Source of the DNA: Octopus vulgaris
Taxonomy: Eukaryota
NCBI GenBank assembly: GCA_951406725.2
Contig: OX597816.1
Span: 78,182,001 to 78,246,000 of the forward strand
Direction: 5' to 3'
Length of the DNA: 64,000 bases
Shown here: positions 25,424 to 37,546 of the stretch, piece by piece
Layout: the number at the start of each line of letters is the position of its first letter
Position numbering within the stretch: the first letter of the stretch is position 1
Notes under the pieces: generated by a model
Database searches by the model: none
What the model was told of the DNA's origin: nothing
The model's input: the letters and a program-made list of their open reading frames with translations, nothing else
Translations under genes and position numbers: made by a program

Positions 25424-25809
25424 CCTTTCTACTATAGGCACAAGGCCTGAAATTTTGTGGGAGGGGTATAGTTGATTACACCAACCCCAGTTTCACTTGG
25501 TACATATTCCATCGATCCTGAAAGGATGAAAGGCCAATTCAAACTTGGAGAATTTAAACTCAGATCATAAAGAGGGGCTAAATGCTGCTAAGCATTTTGT
25601 CTGGTGTGCTAATGATTCTGCCAGCAATTTTGAGTGGTTTGATAGATTAAATCACCTCCAGCACTTGATAGGTACTTTATTTTATTGACTCCAGAAGAAT
25701 GAAAGGTAAAGTTTATCATGGTAGTGTTTGAACTCAGAATATAATGAGCTGGAATATGCACCATAAAGCATTTTGTATACTACTACTACTACTACAACAA
25801 CAACAACAA

Positions 25810-26101
25810 CGTTTGTTTGTTCCTTCTCGAGCCATGCCTGGCTCATAAGGGCCAGTTTCCCGGTTTCCTTGGCGTATAGGTTCTCTACCTGGACGGGATA
25901 CTGGTCCATCGCAGGTGAGCTGCAAGATGCTGGAGGAAAGAGTGAGAGAAAGTTGTGGCAAAAGAGTCAGCAGAAGTTTGCTTCTGTCATAGCCGCGTGG
26001 TGCTTCGCTCATAAACACACACATCACCCAGTCTGGGATTCGAACCCACAATCCCTCAACCGCAAGTCTGCTGTTCTAACCACTAGACCATGTGCCTCCA
26101 C
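25810..26101 (-). mobile_element. tRNA-derived SINE, family D
   Basis: A box TGGTCTAGTGG and B box GGTTCGAATCC on minus strand; internal tgcgatggaccagtatcccgtccagg recalls a conserved SINE core domain; (GTT/AGT)n tail. Confidence 0.85.
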
Positions 26102-27974
26102 AATAATAATAATAACTCTTTCTGATTTAGACATAATGCCACCAATTTTAAAGGAAGAAAGTTAATTGATACCGCTAACCTCAATACTTGTCTGCTACTT
26201 TAATTTGACCCCAAAGGAATGACAGGCAAAGTTGACTGTGACCAGGTTTGAACTCAGATTGTAAACATCTGGAAGAAATACTGTAAACCATTTTGTTCAA
26301 CACTTTAAGCTAATTCTCATCATTTCTAAAAATTATATTGTCATTAGTAATAGTTTTTAGAAATTCCCTAATACATTCTATTAAGTTTCAAAAAAACCTT
26401 TCTCTCAGTAAGTAAATATTCATTGATGAAATAGCCAAGTGGTGAAGATATGCACTCTGTTCAAGGCCTCTGGTTTCAAGTAATTTTATTTTTATAAGTT
26501 CATGACACTTTCGCAGATGGGAAAGGAGAGGTGGAAAATATATCTATGTCTGGAAAGTGATGCAATGTAGAGGGAACATCTTGGTACTAAAAGTCTGTCC
26601 ATCTAATGTTGACACAATAAAAAGTACAGGTGTAGAATCATTTGCACCATCAGGTATAGTTAAGATGCTAAAAAAATATTTGGTGAAGTAACACTAGTTA
26701 TTTACACAGCTTCTGTTACTTAAGTGACTAAATTAGTAATACAGAGTAGGTACTCCAAAAGTATAGTACAGAGTAAGAATTAGCTGGACAAAAGTTCAAG
26801 TGGCGATTATCTCAGCTGGTAATAGCCTCTGGGCACTGAATGTAAAGGACGTGCGATGGATTTGTAATGTCAGTATCCATGAATGATGGAGCAAAAATGA
26901 GCTGAGAGAAAGGAAAATTGGGTATAAAAGAAATCAGAGGCAGTGTTCAAGAGATAACAAAACCTCATTGGTATGAGCATGTTATGCTTATGGATGATGA
27001 CAAATAAAGAAGGCCAAACAGTCCAAGTAGAAGAAGCCCATAGAGAGGAAGACTGAAGGCATAGTAAGATGTGATGAAAACTAATCTCAAGAGGCTTGCT
27101 CTTACAAAAGACATGACTAGGGATAACATCAAGTAGCAAATGCTAGACCAAAGAACTATTCCACACATGCAAGCATAGAAAAATGGTAACAGTGATAGTC
27201 ATGATGATGATGATGACAATGACTGTAATGCATACCGTTTCATGTTAGCTTTCCGTACTATCATGGGTTGGACATGTTGGATGGTCACATCTTGTTTGTA
27301 CATTTAGTTTTGGCATATTATCTATGGTTGGATGCTGTTCCTAACACTAACCACTCTACAGAGTGTACCATTGCATTTTATCAGGGCATCATCACAATTC
27401 CATAATTTCAACAAGATCAAAGTAAAGGATCCTTGTGATCCTATGTTGTCTTATTTGCTCACCACTTTAATGATTATACTAGGTGCATTTTTTTTTCATG
27501 GAATCAATACTAGTGAGGCTGCCTTGTAAAAAGCAAGATGAATGTGTACTCACAACTCTGCAGTGTGTCCATTTCCTCGGGACATGATGAATAGAGTTTA
27601 AAGAGGCAAGAGTAAGGAAGAGGAAGGATAGACACTACTAGATAAGTAATGGAAGAAAGACAGCAATGACAAAGTGAATTTAAAATGGAGAGAAACAACA
27701 GAGACACTAATGGCAACTACATGTTTGCTAGTAAGAGAGAGAGTTATAGGTATGGTCAGTAGTAAGAGAGTAACAGAAGAGAATAACAAGAAAAATAGGG
27801 GAGAGGGAGCAGTATAGGAGCATAATGTTAGCTGGTAAATAAAAGAGCACGAGTGATGACCAGTTATGGAGATGGATAATGGTATGTGAGAGCATGCAAA
27901 ATGCCAATAAAAGGTGACCTAGGGAAGAAGAGGGAGTGACAGCTAGGAACACACACACCAAGATTGTTATGGTG

Positions 27975-28150
27975 TGATTTGCAAGTTTCTCTTTTGGCCT
28001 CTGCTACAGAGATTCATAAAGATTCAAACATTTTTGAACTCTTGATGGAAGCTTCTTTCCATGCAAACCTCTTTTGAACAAGATCTTTCCATGCATTTGG
28101 AGTGATTTTGCAGTCTTTCAAGATTGCTTTCAGTGCATCTTTGAACATTT
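27975..28150 (-). mobile_element. BovB-like RTE C-terminal relic (second RTE family)
   Basis: FKDALKAILKDCKITPNAWKDLVQKRFAWKEA. Confidence 0.6.
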
Positions 28151-28162
28151 TATCCCTCTCTC

Positions 28163-28983
28163 TCATCATCATCGTTTAACGTCCGCTTTCCATGCTGGTA
28201 TGGGTTTGGACGGTTTTACTGAGGACTGGTGAGCCAGATGGCAGCACCAGGCTCCAATCTGATCTGGTAGAGTTTCTACAGCTGGATGCCCTTCCTAATG
28301 CCAACCACTCCGAGAGTGCAGTAGGTGCTTTTACATGCCTTCAGCATGAGGGCCAGTCAGGTGGTACTGGCAACGGCCACGCTCAAATGGTGTTTTTTAC
28401 GTGCCACCTGCACAGGAACCAGTCCAGTGGCACTGGCAGTGACCTCGCTTGAATGTTTTTCATGTGCCATTGGCACAAGTACCACCAGTAAGGCAATGCT
28501 GGTAATGATCACGCTTGAATGATGCTTTTTACGTGCCACCGGCATGGGAGCCAGTCAGCGGCCCTTCCTACTTATTAGGACTTTGGAATTAGCTAGGTTG
28601 ACTCTAAGGCATCTCAATTCTAATCCTTGCTCCACACCTGAAACTTCTCTAGTTCTGATAGTGACTCAGCAATTAGAGCAAGGTCATCAGCATAGAGAAG
28701 CTCCCAGGGGCACTCTGTCTTGAATTCCTCTGTTATTGCCTGGAGGACTATGAAAAATAGGAGGGAGTTAAGGACTGAACCTTGCTGGACCCCTACCTCT
28801 ACCTGCAATTCTTCATTGTACTTGTTGCCAACCCTCACCTTACTGACAGCGTCCCTGTACATGGCTTGCACAGTCTCACTAACCATACATCTATCTCTAG
28901 TTTCCTCATTGATCACCAGATAAGGAATCGGGGGACCCTGTCAAAGGCTTTCTCCATGTCAACAAAAGCCAGGTACAGAGGTT
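28163..28983 (-). mobile_element. Internally deleted RTE copy (RT core fused to 3'UTR)
   Basis: GVQQGSVLNSLLF and ELLYADDLALIAES; junction near 28567. Confidence 0.92.
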
Positions 28984-29428
28984 CATATATATAATATATA
29001 TATATATATATATAAAAGCTCCTTCCTTCTTATGATCTATATTCTTGTAATATCAGTTTTAAAGATATGAATACCATAATCAAACCTGATATCAATTGTT
29101 TTGTCCATTTATACTTTTATCATTTAATGCTTTTACATGCTCAATTGATAAACTGTCAATAGCCAATTATGTAGTTATAACATCTTTGCTTTTAGTTGCA
29201 GTTCAAGTTGGAATTTTAGGCTTCTAGTCAACCTTGAGGACTAATTGTATATACCTATTACTGTATCTCACCAGAAAGATATTACTTGAATTCTGCTCTA
29301 TGTACATATATGTGTAAAGTCACCATCATCTTTTAATGTCCATCTTCCATCTGACATGTTTGGCTCACTGACAAAACTTTAAATTAAAGAAATAACAATT
29401 TAAGCAAATATTTAAAAAATAGACTTAC

Positions 29429-29511
29429 TCATTTTCCTTAAAGTAATCTTTTAAAGTTGTGCTGAAGCGTTTAGAATATTTGATAAATTCTTTCTTCCGA
29501 TGTGCAAGAGT
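29429..29511 (-). CDS. PDCD10: PDCD10 coding exon 6 (TLAHRKKEFIKYSKRFSTTLKDYFKEN)
   Basis: tcttggcag| and GA|GTAAGT; KKEF.KYSK.FS.TLK.YFK motif. Confidence 0.97.
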
Positions 29512-30160
29512 CTGCCAAGATATATAAACATTTATTAATACTGTATTTTATAAAATAAAAATTAAATTTGATTGAAGGAGTGAGGCATAATTTATATAAC
29601 AAAGAGTAAACATTCATTCTCTCTCCCATTTTTTTCTCTCCCCATCTGAGAGACTGATGTCATTGAGGCATATTTTCTATAGGTGGATGCCCTTCTTGTT
29701 ACCAATCCTCATCTGTTTCCAAGAAAGGTAATAGTTCCCCAGCACTAGACATGTTTTTAAGGAAGATTGGTAATGAACAACACTGGTCGTATGATAAAGA
29801 TGCTCATTTACAACCATCACGACATAAAGATTGCCTTTTGGTAATAACACTGCTTCTGTCGCTATCAGTTATAAATATATAAATATGTGTCTGTGTGTGA
29901 AAGTTTATATTTATATGTTTAATGTTACTTCATTTAAATGAAATATTGTAATAAGTTATATGTTGAAAGAGCTCATAATGAATAAGATCACATTTAAAGA
30001 ATTTGGACTATCAGCTGAAAAAAGCTGGGAAGAAAAGATGAAAATACATTCAGATGGTGATAACTCATTATTATGTAGTTGTAAAGCTGAGGTTTGTTAT
30101 TACATTGTGGATGCTATTATATATAGTGCAGCAATGTTGTTTATGTTAATATCTACACAC

Positions 30161-30245
30161 CTGTTTTCCATCTGGTCTCAGTACTTCATTGGCAGTAACT
30201 TGATTTACTGAATCCAACAACAGACGAATTGCATTAGCAATGTCT
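30161..30245 (-). CDS. PDCD10: PDCD10 coding exon 5 (DIANAIRLLLDSVNQVTANEVLRPDGKQ)
   Basis: tctcttttttccag| and CAG|GTGTGT; matches the DIASAIKELLDTVN helix of the FAT-homology domain. Confidence 0.96.
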
Positions 30246-32119
30246 CTGGAAAAAAGAGAAAAAAGGTTGGAATATGAATATATTTACTGAAAGATAAGGA
30301 TATTACATGTCACTTCATGAATTGTAAAATATGGGGAAAAAATTGTTTGTAAGTATTTCAGTGTATGTGTCTAGTCTAGAACACTGCATTTATTCTGCAA
30401 GTTTTATAAAAATTTTGGATAAAAATCAGTGGTTCAAATATGGAATTCAGCTAGCAAACACTTGCTTACTGTTGATGTATCTAAAACATAGTAATACAAT
30501 GAAAATAATTTGAATCATATGATACAAACTTCAAGAGGATCTACTGTTAGGCAAAAAAAAATGGTATGGGGCAGGTATAGCACAAACTAGTAATACTTGC
30601 ATCTGTAAGCTGTGTTCAAAAAAAATTTGGCATGTGCTCAAATATATGAAGAGCATGAAAGTGCCATATAACCAAGCAGTCCATACCTTCTAACTGTCAT
30701 TGACTATGTTGTATTTTATTGACTCCAGAAGAATGAAAGGTAAAGTTTATCATGATAGTGTTTGAACTCAGAATATAATGAGCTGGAATATGCACCATAA
30801 AGCATTTTGTATACTACTACTATAACAACAACAACGTTTGTTTGTTCCTTCTCAAGCCATGCCTGACCAAGACACGCAACTCTCAAATAAAGTCTATGAA
30901 GCCATGAATAGGAAATGCTAGATAGAAGCCACTTGCTACAATAAGCAATGACTGCAATAAAAAGAACTAACATAGGTTTTTTAAAGTTTGCAGTGATGCA
31001 GCTAGACTAATATACTTTAGATACATTACATAGAAACTAAATTTTTTGAGGTGTCTCAAGAATGGATTCAGTCATGTGACTCACTAGTTACTATATGGTT
31101 TTTCCACAGAAAAGATGGGTCAGGTTATATCCAATTTCATACAAAATCTTGTATTATTCTTTCAACATTAATATTGTATAATTAGAATTTTAAGGAATAC
31201 TGAGATCACCCTATATCTGAAAAATACTTTTTCTTAGGACATTTATAATACATAAAGATATTAATAGATTTTGAAATATTAATGTTGTTGCAAGGAACAT
31301 GCTTCCACAACCAATTTTGAGATGCCCTTTAGTATTAGCTTATATATTTACATAATATAAGCCCGTAAAAATTGTTCAAAACAGAATAAGCAGCACAAGC
31401 CATTGAAGAGAATTTCCTTGGTAACCTTAAGTATATAGATTGCTTACAACCACATTAAATTTCACATGGGTAATTTTTCCAATATTTATGGAAAGTAAAT
31501 GTTTTAATAATTCTTTTGATTCATACTTTCTGTTAATTCTGCAAGGTTTATAGAAATTTTGAATAAAATCAAAGCTTTGAGAAGTGTTTATTTTTCTATG
31601 TTTTAGAAATTTGCGAGGTTATGGAGTTGTAAGGGGAAATAAGTCATGTAGCTTAAAGAGTTAAATACTTGTGAAAACAGACAACCTAATTTATCAAAAA
31701 TACATCTATTATATTAATACAATAGTACCTTATTTTCTATTGGCATTTTGAGTAATACTCTAGAATCCTTTTGAAAAATGCAACTTTTTACTCACAAAAA
31801 AGTTTACACTTTTATCACGGCAGATTTGAACTCAGCACATAAACAACTGGAATAAATACTGCAAAGCATTTTTTCCATTATTGTAATGATTCTGCTTGTT
31901 TTCTATCTAAAACAATAATCTATACATTAATTAATATAACAGTATCTTCCTAACTTTCAGATCATACTCCAGAAATTTTATTCGAAAAAAGAAACTTATA
32001 ACTTAGAGAAAAGATGATGATGATGTTTAATGCCACTTCATTTAAATGAAATATTGCAATAAATTATAGATATAATAACAAGTGAAAGGAAGTAAAAGAA
32101 AATATTTTTATATTAATTA

Positions 32120-32375
32120 CTGAGGTGGCATGTAAAAAGCACCATTCAAGCATGGTGATGCCAGTACCACCTGACTGGCCCTTGTGCCAGTGGCACGTAA
32201 AAAAGGACCCACTACACTCTCGGAGTGGTTGGCATTAGAAAGGGCAGCCAACTGTAGAAACTGCCAGATCAGATCGAAGCCTAGTGTAGCCTTCTGGCTT
32301 GCCAACCCTCAGTCAAACTGTTCAACCCATGCTAGCATAGAAAGCAGATATTAAACGACGATGATGATGATAATG
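32120..32375 (+). mobile_element. RTE 3' stub about 20 nt from the PDCD10 exon 4 donor
   Basis: Family 3'UTR and GAT tail. Confidence 0.88.
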
Positions 32376-32395
32376 ATTTTCAAAAAGTAACTTAC

Positions 32396-32522
32396 TTTAT
32401 AGCTTCCAGGAATAGTTTCCTGTCATATATTTGGTCAGGAATTTTACTAAGGATCTTTTTCAAATCAATTGCTCTTTGATTAAATTCCTGGAATCTTGGT
32501 TCTGGACGGGTTATTTTGAACT
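32396..32522 (-). CDS. PDCD10: PDCD10 coding exon 4 ([43 protein letters not shown])
   Basis: ttcttttcatag| and AA|GTAAGT; RPEP.FQ and ILSKIPD motifs of PDCD10. Confidence 0.97.
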
Positions 32523-33724
32523 CTATGAAAAGAAACATCCGAAAATAAAATAACCAAGATGAAAACACAAAAAAAAAAAAAAAAAAAAGAAAAGGGAAAA
32601 GAAAGAAAAATGGAAAAATTATACTAAGTACAATAAGATTAGTAGGAGTTCTTGCAGGTTTGCAGTTTTAAAAAAAACCCATAAAAACAAAGAGTTCAAG
32701 TTTTGAGGAAGGAAGATTACAAATAGTATGTAGCATGAGGGTGGGGTTGGGTTGGGTTGGGTTAAAACAGGGTGGGTAATAGGAAGAAAAGAACTTTAAT
32801 TAGATGAGTTTAGCTTCATGTGGCATATAATCAACAGATTCAGAAGAGCAGACACCAACAGAAAATAAAATATAAAAGATGACTTCAATTAATTTTTCTT
32901 TCATCTGTGTTGTTAGCATACTTTATATGAGCGTTCATAGGAACATAAGCTAAAAAAATTATAACTTTCTTTTTTGAATAACCAAGTTCTGTTTTATAGT
33001 CAATTTCAAAGCAATCGTCCTCTGCATGAAATATGCTTTGTAAAGATACTTTGACTACAAAGGTTTTTTTTTTACTGTATATTTATTTACTTTTTTAACT
33101 TGTATTAAGATTTTTTTAACTATTTAAGTTGGTACTAACATATTTAATGCAGTGAGGAAAAGATAATTTAATTTCTAGTGTTATTTTAATCACTTCAGCA
33201 AATGGGATACAACTCCAGACATACTTCAGTCTAATTAGACCTCCTCAGTAAAGTATAGACGTTCACCCTAATTGCCAAAGTAGCGATGAGAGAATTTCTA
33301 AGTAGATATATAATATTAGGTAATTTACCTATCTAAAAAAGAAAAAAATATCACATTGTTAATCTTTTTTCTTCACAACATAATTACTTTATAAACCTTG
33401 TGATATATAAAATATATTAAATATGTTTTAAATAAAGATGGTATCCCTAAATAATTTTTCCTTGGTGATTTATTTTTAAAGTATTCAGGATGAAAGTTTA
33501 TCTGAGTCCTGTGTCAAGTTTCTGCTACTTGAATTTGCTTCACTGATATTTGAACAATAAATAATGAGTGTAGTTTGGCTGAATGGGTAAAAAGTTCACT
33601 GTGCAATCAATGAGGTCCATGGTATCTTGGGCAAGAGTCATTTACCAAAGCTTTGGACTGACTCAAGCTTTGTATGTGAAATTTCATAGACAGAAACTAA
33701 CTATCAGATGGATTTTACATATAA

Positions 33725-34746
33725 CACCATATAACAGGATTTTTGTTCTTGGATAACAACTGTTATTTCCTATTTGCTTGTCCCTAGAAAGTATGAAAAT
33801 TGGCTAATATCTCCTTCAAACTTTGCTTTTGTTATATTTATTCAAACCCCAAAGAATCCCTCTCAACACATGGCTATGATGTTGCCCCACTACTCCTGCT
33901 CATGATCAGAGATGCACATATTTCAGCCATAAAGGGACATGCTCAAGTGGTTACGGTCAAGCAACTGACAAGGAAATCTGTGGTATTGAGCAGAATATTC
34001 GCTATAATGATATCTCTGCTTCAGCACTGAATCTGTCTGAAAGGTAATGGAAAATAGGCCTGTTTAAAAACGTTGATGTTCAGTATTATTCTATATTTTT
34101 GAGATGAGGAATTATGTACATTATTTACAATGGATAGATAGGTGTCCTCATCTTGTTTGTTGTTATCACAACATTTCAGCTGATATACTCTCCAGCTTTC
34201 ATCAGGTGTTCTGGTGGAATTTTGAATCCAACCCTTTATTTGACTAATGGGGTACACTGTTCTCATTCATAAGGTATGTTGCTGATGTTATTTTTCTGTT
34301 GATATTATTTTTCAAGTCCCTGCCTGAGATTAAACTTAGAATCCGAGGGTTAGTAGTCCATGCTCTTATCCATTACGCTATATGCCCACAGGCATTCTAA
34401 ATTTAATCTCAGGCAGGGACTGGAAAAATAATATCAACAAAAAGATAACATCAGCAACATACCTTAGGAATGAGAACAATGTACTCCATTAGTCAAATAA
34501 AGGGTTGGGTTCAAAATTCCACCAGAACACCTGATAGAGGCTGGAAAGTACATCAGCCGAGACATTGTGATAACAACAAACAAGATGAGGATATCTATCC
34601 GTCCATTGTAAATAACTAATGTTCAGGTCACAAAAGCAAAGTTTGAAGGAAATAGTAGTCATTTCCTTTGATTTCTAAATAGAAACAAATAAGAAATATC
34701 ACTCGTTGATCAAAGACAAAATAAATAAAAACTTTGTTACACAGTG
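33725..34746. mobile_element. MITE with about 110-bp TIRs hosting a nested Penelope-like palindrome
   Basis: ctccttcaaactttgcttttgt (33811) mirrored by acaaaagcaaagtttgaagg (34630). Confidence 0.7.
34085..34615. mobile_element. Inverted duplication of a Penelope-like terminal repeat (tRNA-like segment plus hammerhead)
   Basis: Arms 34121-34342 and 34394-34615; minus-strand CUGAUGA-A-AGCUG/CAGCU-GAAA at 34165-34210; same sequence adjoins a GIY-YIG tail at 35030-35505. Confidence 0.82.
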
Positions 34747-35029
34747 CAATTTAACCCTTTAGCATTCAGATTACTTTGTAAGATACTTATTCATTCACAG
34801 TGTTTTGAATTAATCGTGCATTGAAGATGTGATTGTTCATTTTAAGAATGATATTGTAGAAGAGGTGTGACAGGCTGGACCCAACTAGTTTGAATGTAAA
34901 ACAGGTAGAATATTTGGGCTGGATATAGCCAGCTTAAATGCTAAAAGGTTAATGGTTTAATTAAATATTCAACCACTTTGCGTGCAAATTTATTGAATAG
35001 GTAAGCACTCCAGTTGATACAATAATTGA

Positions 35030-35505
35030 ATATTCTTCTATATTTGAGAGATGAGGAATTATGTAATTTGCATTTGATGGATATTTGTCCTCATCTTGTT
35101 TTGTTGTGAGCACATTTCAGCTGATGTACTCTCCAGCCTTCATCAAGTGTTGTGGAGGTATTTCAAACTTGGGTTCTCATTCCTAAGGTATTTTTCCGAT
35201 GTTGTTGCTATTATTATTATTATTCAGATCACTGCCTGTGGGCAATTATGGAGTGAATTTTAGGGCTTATAAATCTAATATTTTCCTATCCTTCTTTAAT
35301 ACCGGTTCCCATATGCAACTCGTATCCGCACTAGGTCTGCTTAGGAGGTTATTATGTCCTAGCATATGTGCTGCCTCTTTTAGTTTTCATATTTTCCACT
35401 GGTGTTCTCTATTTATAATTTAACTTCATCCCACAGGGGGAGGTGGTCTCCGTTTTTCCATACATGATCAGCTATACTTGATTTATCAATATCTCCTCGT
35501 ATCAT
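35030..35505 (-). mobile_element. Penelope-like 3' fragment: GIY-YIG C-terminus plus hammerhead-bearing terminal repeat
   Basis: KSSIADHVWKNGDHLPLWDEVK..REHQWKI*KLKEAAHMLGHNNLLSRP; (U)UGAUGA-A-GGCUG/CAGCU-GAAA at 35108-35150. Confidence 0.82.
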
Positions 35506-36049
35506 AGTTGAAAATGAGAACTATCTTTTTCTTTTGAGCAAAATTTGTCTGGTTCTGTTATCAAATTACTGCTCCATGCTCTTGCTCTTCTGATATTTGA
35601 ACAGTAAAATAGCAATTTTTATGAAAATAACTCCTCAGTTATTAGTGTGTCTGCAAATTTGAGCAGCAGAACATGCTCAGTTGCTGCTGACAGAATATAA
35701 AGATGGTTTTAAACTTGGATTATTATTAATAAAATTAAATTGAAAAAAAAAGTTAATGAGCATATAACATTTTATATAACAAATATATTGTCATTGGGGT
35801 AAAAAAAAATACACTGGACTAATTTAATGGATACCACAAGAGCTAATGAGCACCACGCAACTTGCATTTTTATTTCTCTATTACACATGTTTTATTAAAC
35901 AATATATTTCTCACCATTAGCTCCAGTCCTAGAATCTAGAAGATTTTTAAAAGCAAGTGTACTATCTTCTTTTTACCAATATTTATCCAAACTGAGCATC
36001 CATACACATAGAAATACAAGCTACAGACTGTAACAAAATATATAGTTAC

Positions 36050-36176
36050 CTTCAAAGTCATTCAGTCCTTCCAGCTTGAGTAGGGTTTCACACATCTCTA
36101 TTTTATTATAAATTTCAGATTTTATTAATAAGGCTTTAACAAAGTCAAAAGCAAACCCTTTATACACAGCTTCCAC
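36050..36176 (-). CDS. PDCD10: PDCD10 coding exon 3 (VEAVYKGFAFDFVKALLIKSEIYNKIEMCETLLKLEGLNDFE)
   Basis: ttctctttcag| and G|GTAAC; 127 nt open, phase 0 to 1, compatible with neighbours. Confidence 0.93.
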
Positions 36177-36872
36177 CTGAAAGAGAACAAAGATGGTAAT
36201 TATTATTCAATAGAATGTGCATACACACACACACAACACAAAATCAATTAACAATATTTAATAAGACTTATTCTAAATTGAAAACAAAAAAAAAAGCAAT
36301 TGTGTAATCTGGGTTTGTTCTGTACCAACATGTTATACACATCTAGATGTGGTGTGCATGTCTGTGTGTATATCCTTATTACCATCATTTTAACATCCAC
36401 TTTTATATGCTTGCATGGGTCAAAGTGTGCTTAATGAAGAAGATTTTCTACAGCTAGATGTCCTTCCTGTCACTTGCCTGTTTCTAAGCAAGATAATATT
36501 TCCCCATGGCCATACATGTTCTTGCAGAATATTGTAAATGAACGACTGCTTGTATGACAGTGACACTTATTTACAACTGTCATATTATGTCAAAACAAGA
36601 AGACACAAGCACAGACTCTCTCACACATACATAACTGTACACATACACACACGTGACAAGCTTCTTTCAGTTTCTGCCTATGAAATCCATTCACAAGGCT
36701 TTGGTTGGCTAGACTACAAAACACTTGCCCAAGGTGCTATGTAGTGGGACTGAATTCGAATCTATGTGGTTGGAACCAAATTTCTTAACTACACAGCCAC
36801 CATGCCAGCACTTATTGCTATGCCTGAACCTATTATATATACACACACACACATACATGTATACATATGTGC

Positions 36873-37546
36873 ACTAAGTTTGAATCCATAAAGTATAAAG
36901 ATGGAGCTGTCTTGTGCACGTGTTTTCAGTACATATTAAAGCTACATAATTATGCATTATTTAGTAATCCTACTGATGAGCTAAGGATGTAAAATTAATT
37001 TATTTGGTCATTAATACCAAAACTTGAGTACAGGATTAACTAATTTTTTATTTTGTTCACTCTAATGCCATTAACAGCGTACCTTTAGGAATTCTTTTGT
37101 CATGGTTTGGGTTTAACTACTCTTTTTAGCATGTAAATTTTTAAACACTCTAATATATAAAAATACGTTATGTCTCATGACTTTTATTATGCATGCAAAC
37201 CACTGGCAATAAATTATTTTAATTTTTTACCCTCATATTTACACAGTAGAATTTTCCAATTTTGAGGCCACATAGGACACAGTTTAAATTTATTTACTGC
37301 TGGACTATTTGAATACACTCACCCAATAAGTTTGAATCCATTATGTATAAAGATGAAGCTGTCTCGTGCATGTGTTTTCGATATGTATTAAAGCTACATA
37401 ACTATGCATTTTTTAGTGATCCTGCTGACAAGCTACGGATGCCAAATTAATTTACTTGGTCATTAATAGTGCATCTTGAATACAGGATTAATTAATTTTT
37501 TATTTTGTTCAATCTAGTGCCATTAACAATGTACCTTTATGAATTT
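36873..37546 (+). mobile_element. Retrozyme-like or Penelope pLTR-like element: two roughly 220-bp direct repeats, each with a degenerate hammerhead
   Basis: 36873-37093 resembles 37325-37546; CUGAUGA at 36973, stem I AAUCC/GGAUU, (G)AAAC-UUGA-GUA; predicted sites after 37030 and 37482. Confidence 0.75.

Noticed and set aside
26030-26101. Functional tRNA gene (also 2731-2800, 56320-56390, 34325-34387)
   Set aside because: No complete acceptor stem; each continues into a repeat body, so these are SINE-type heads
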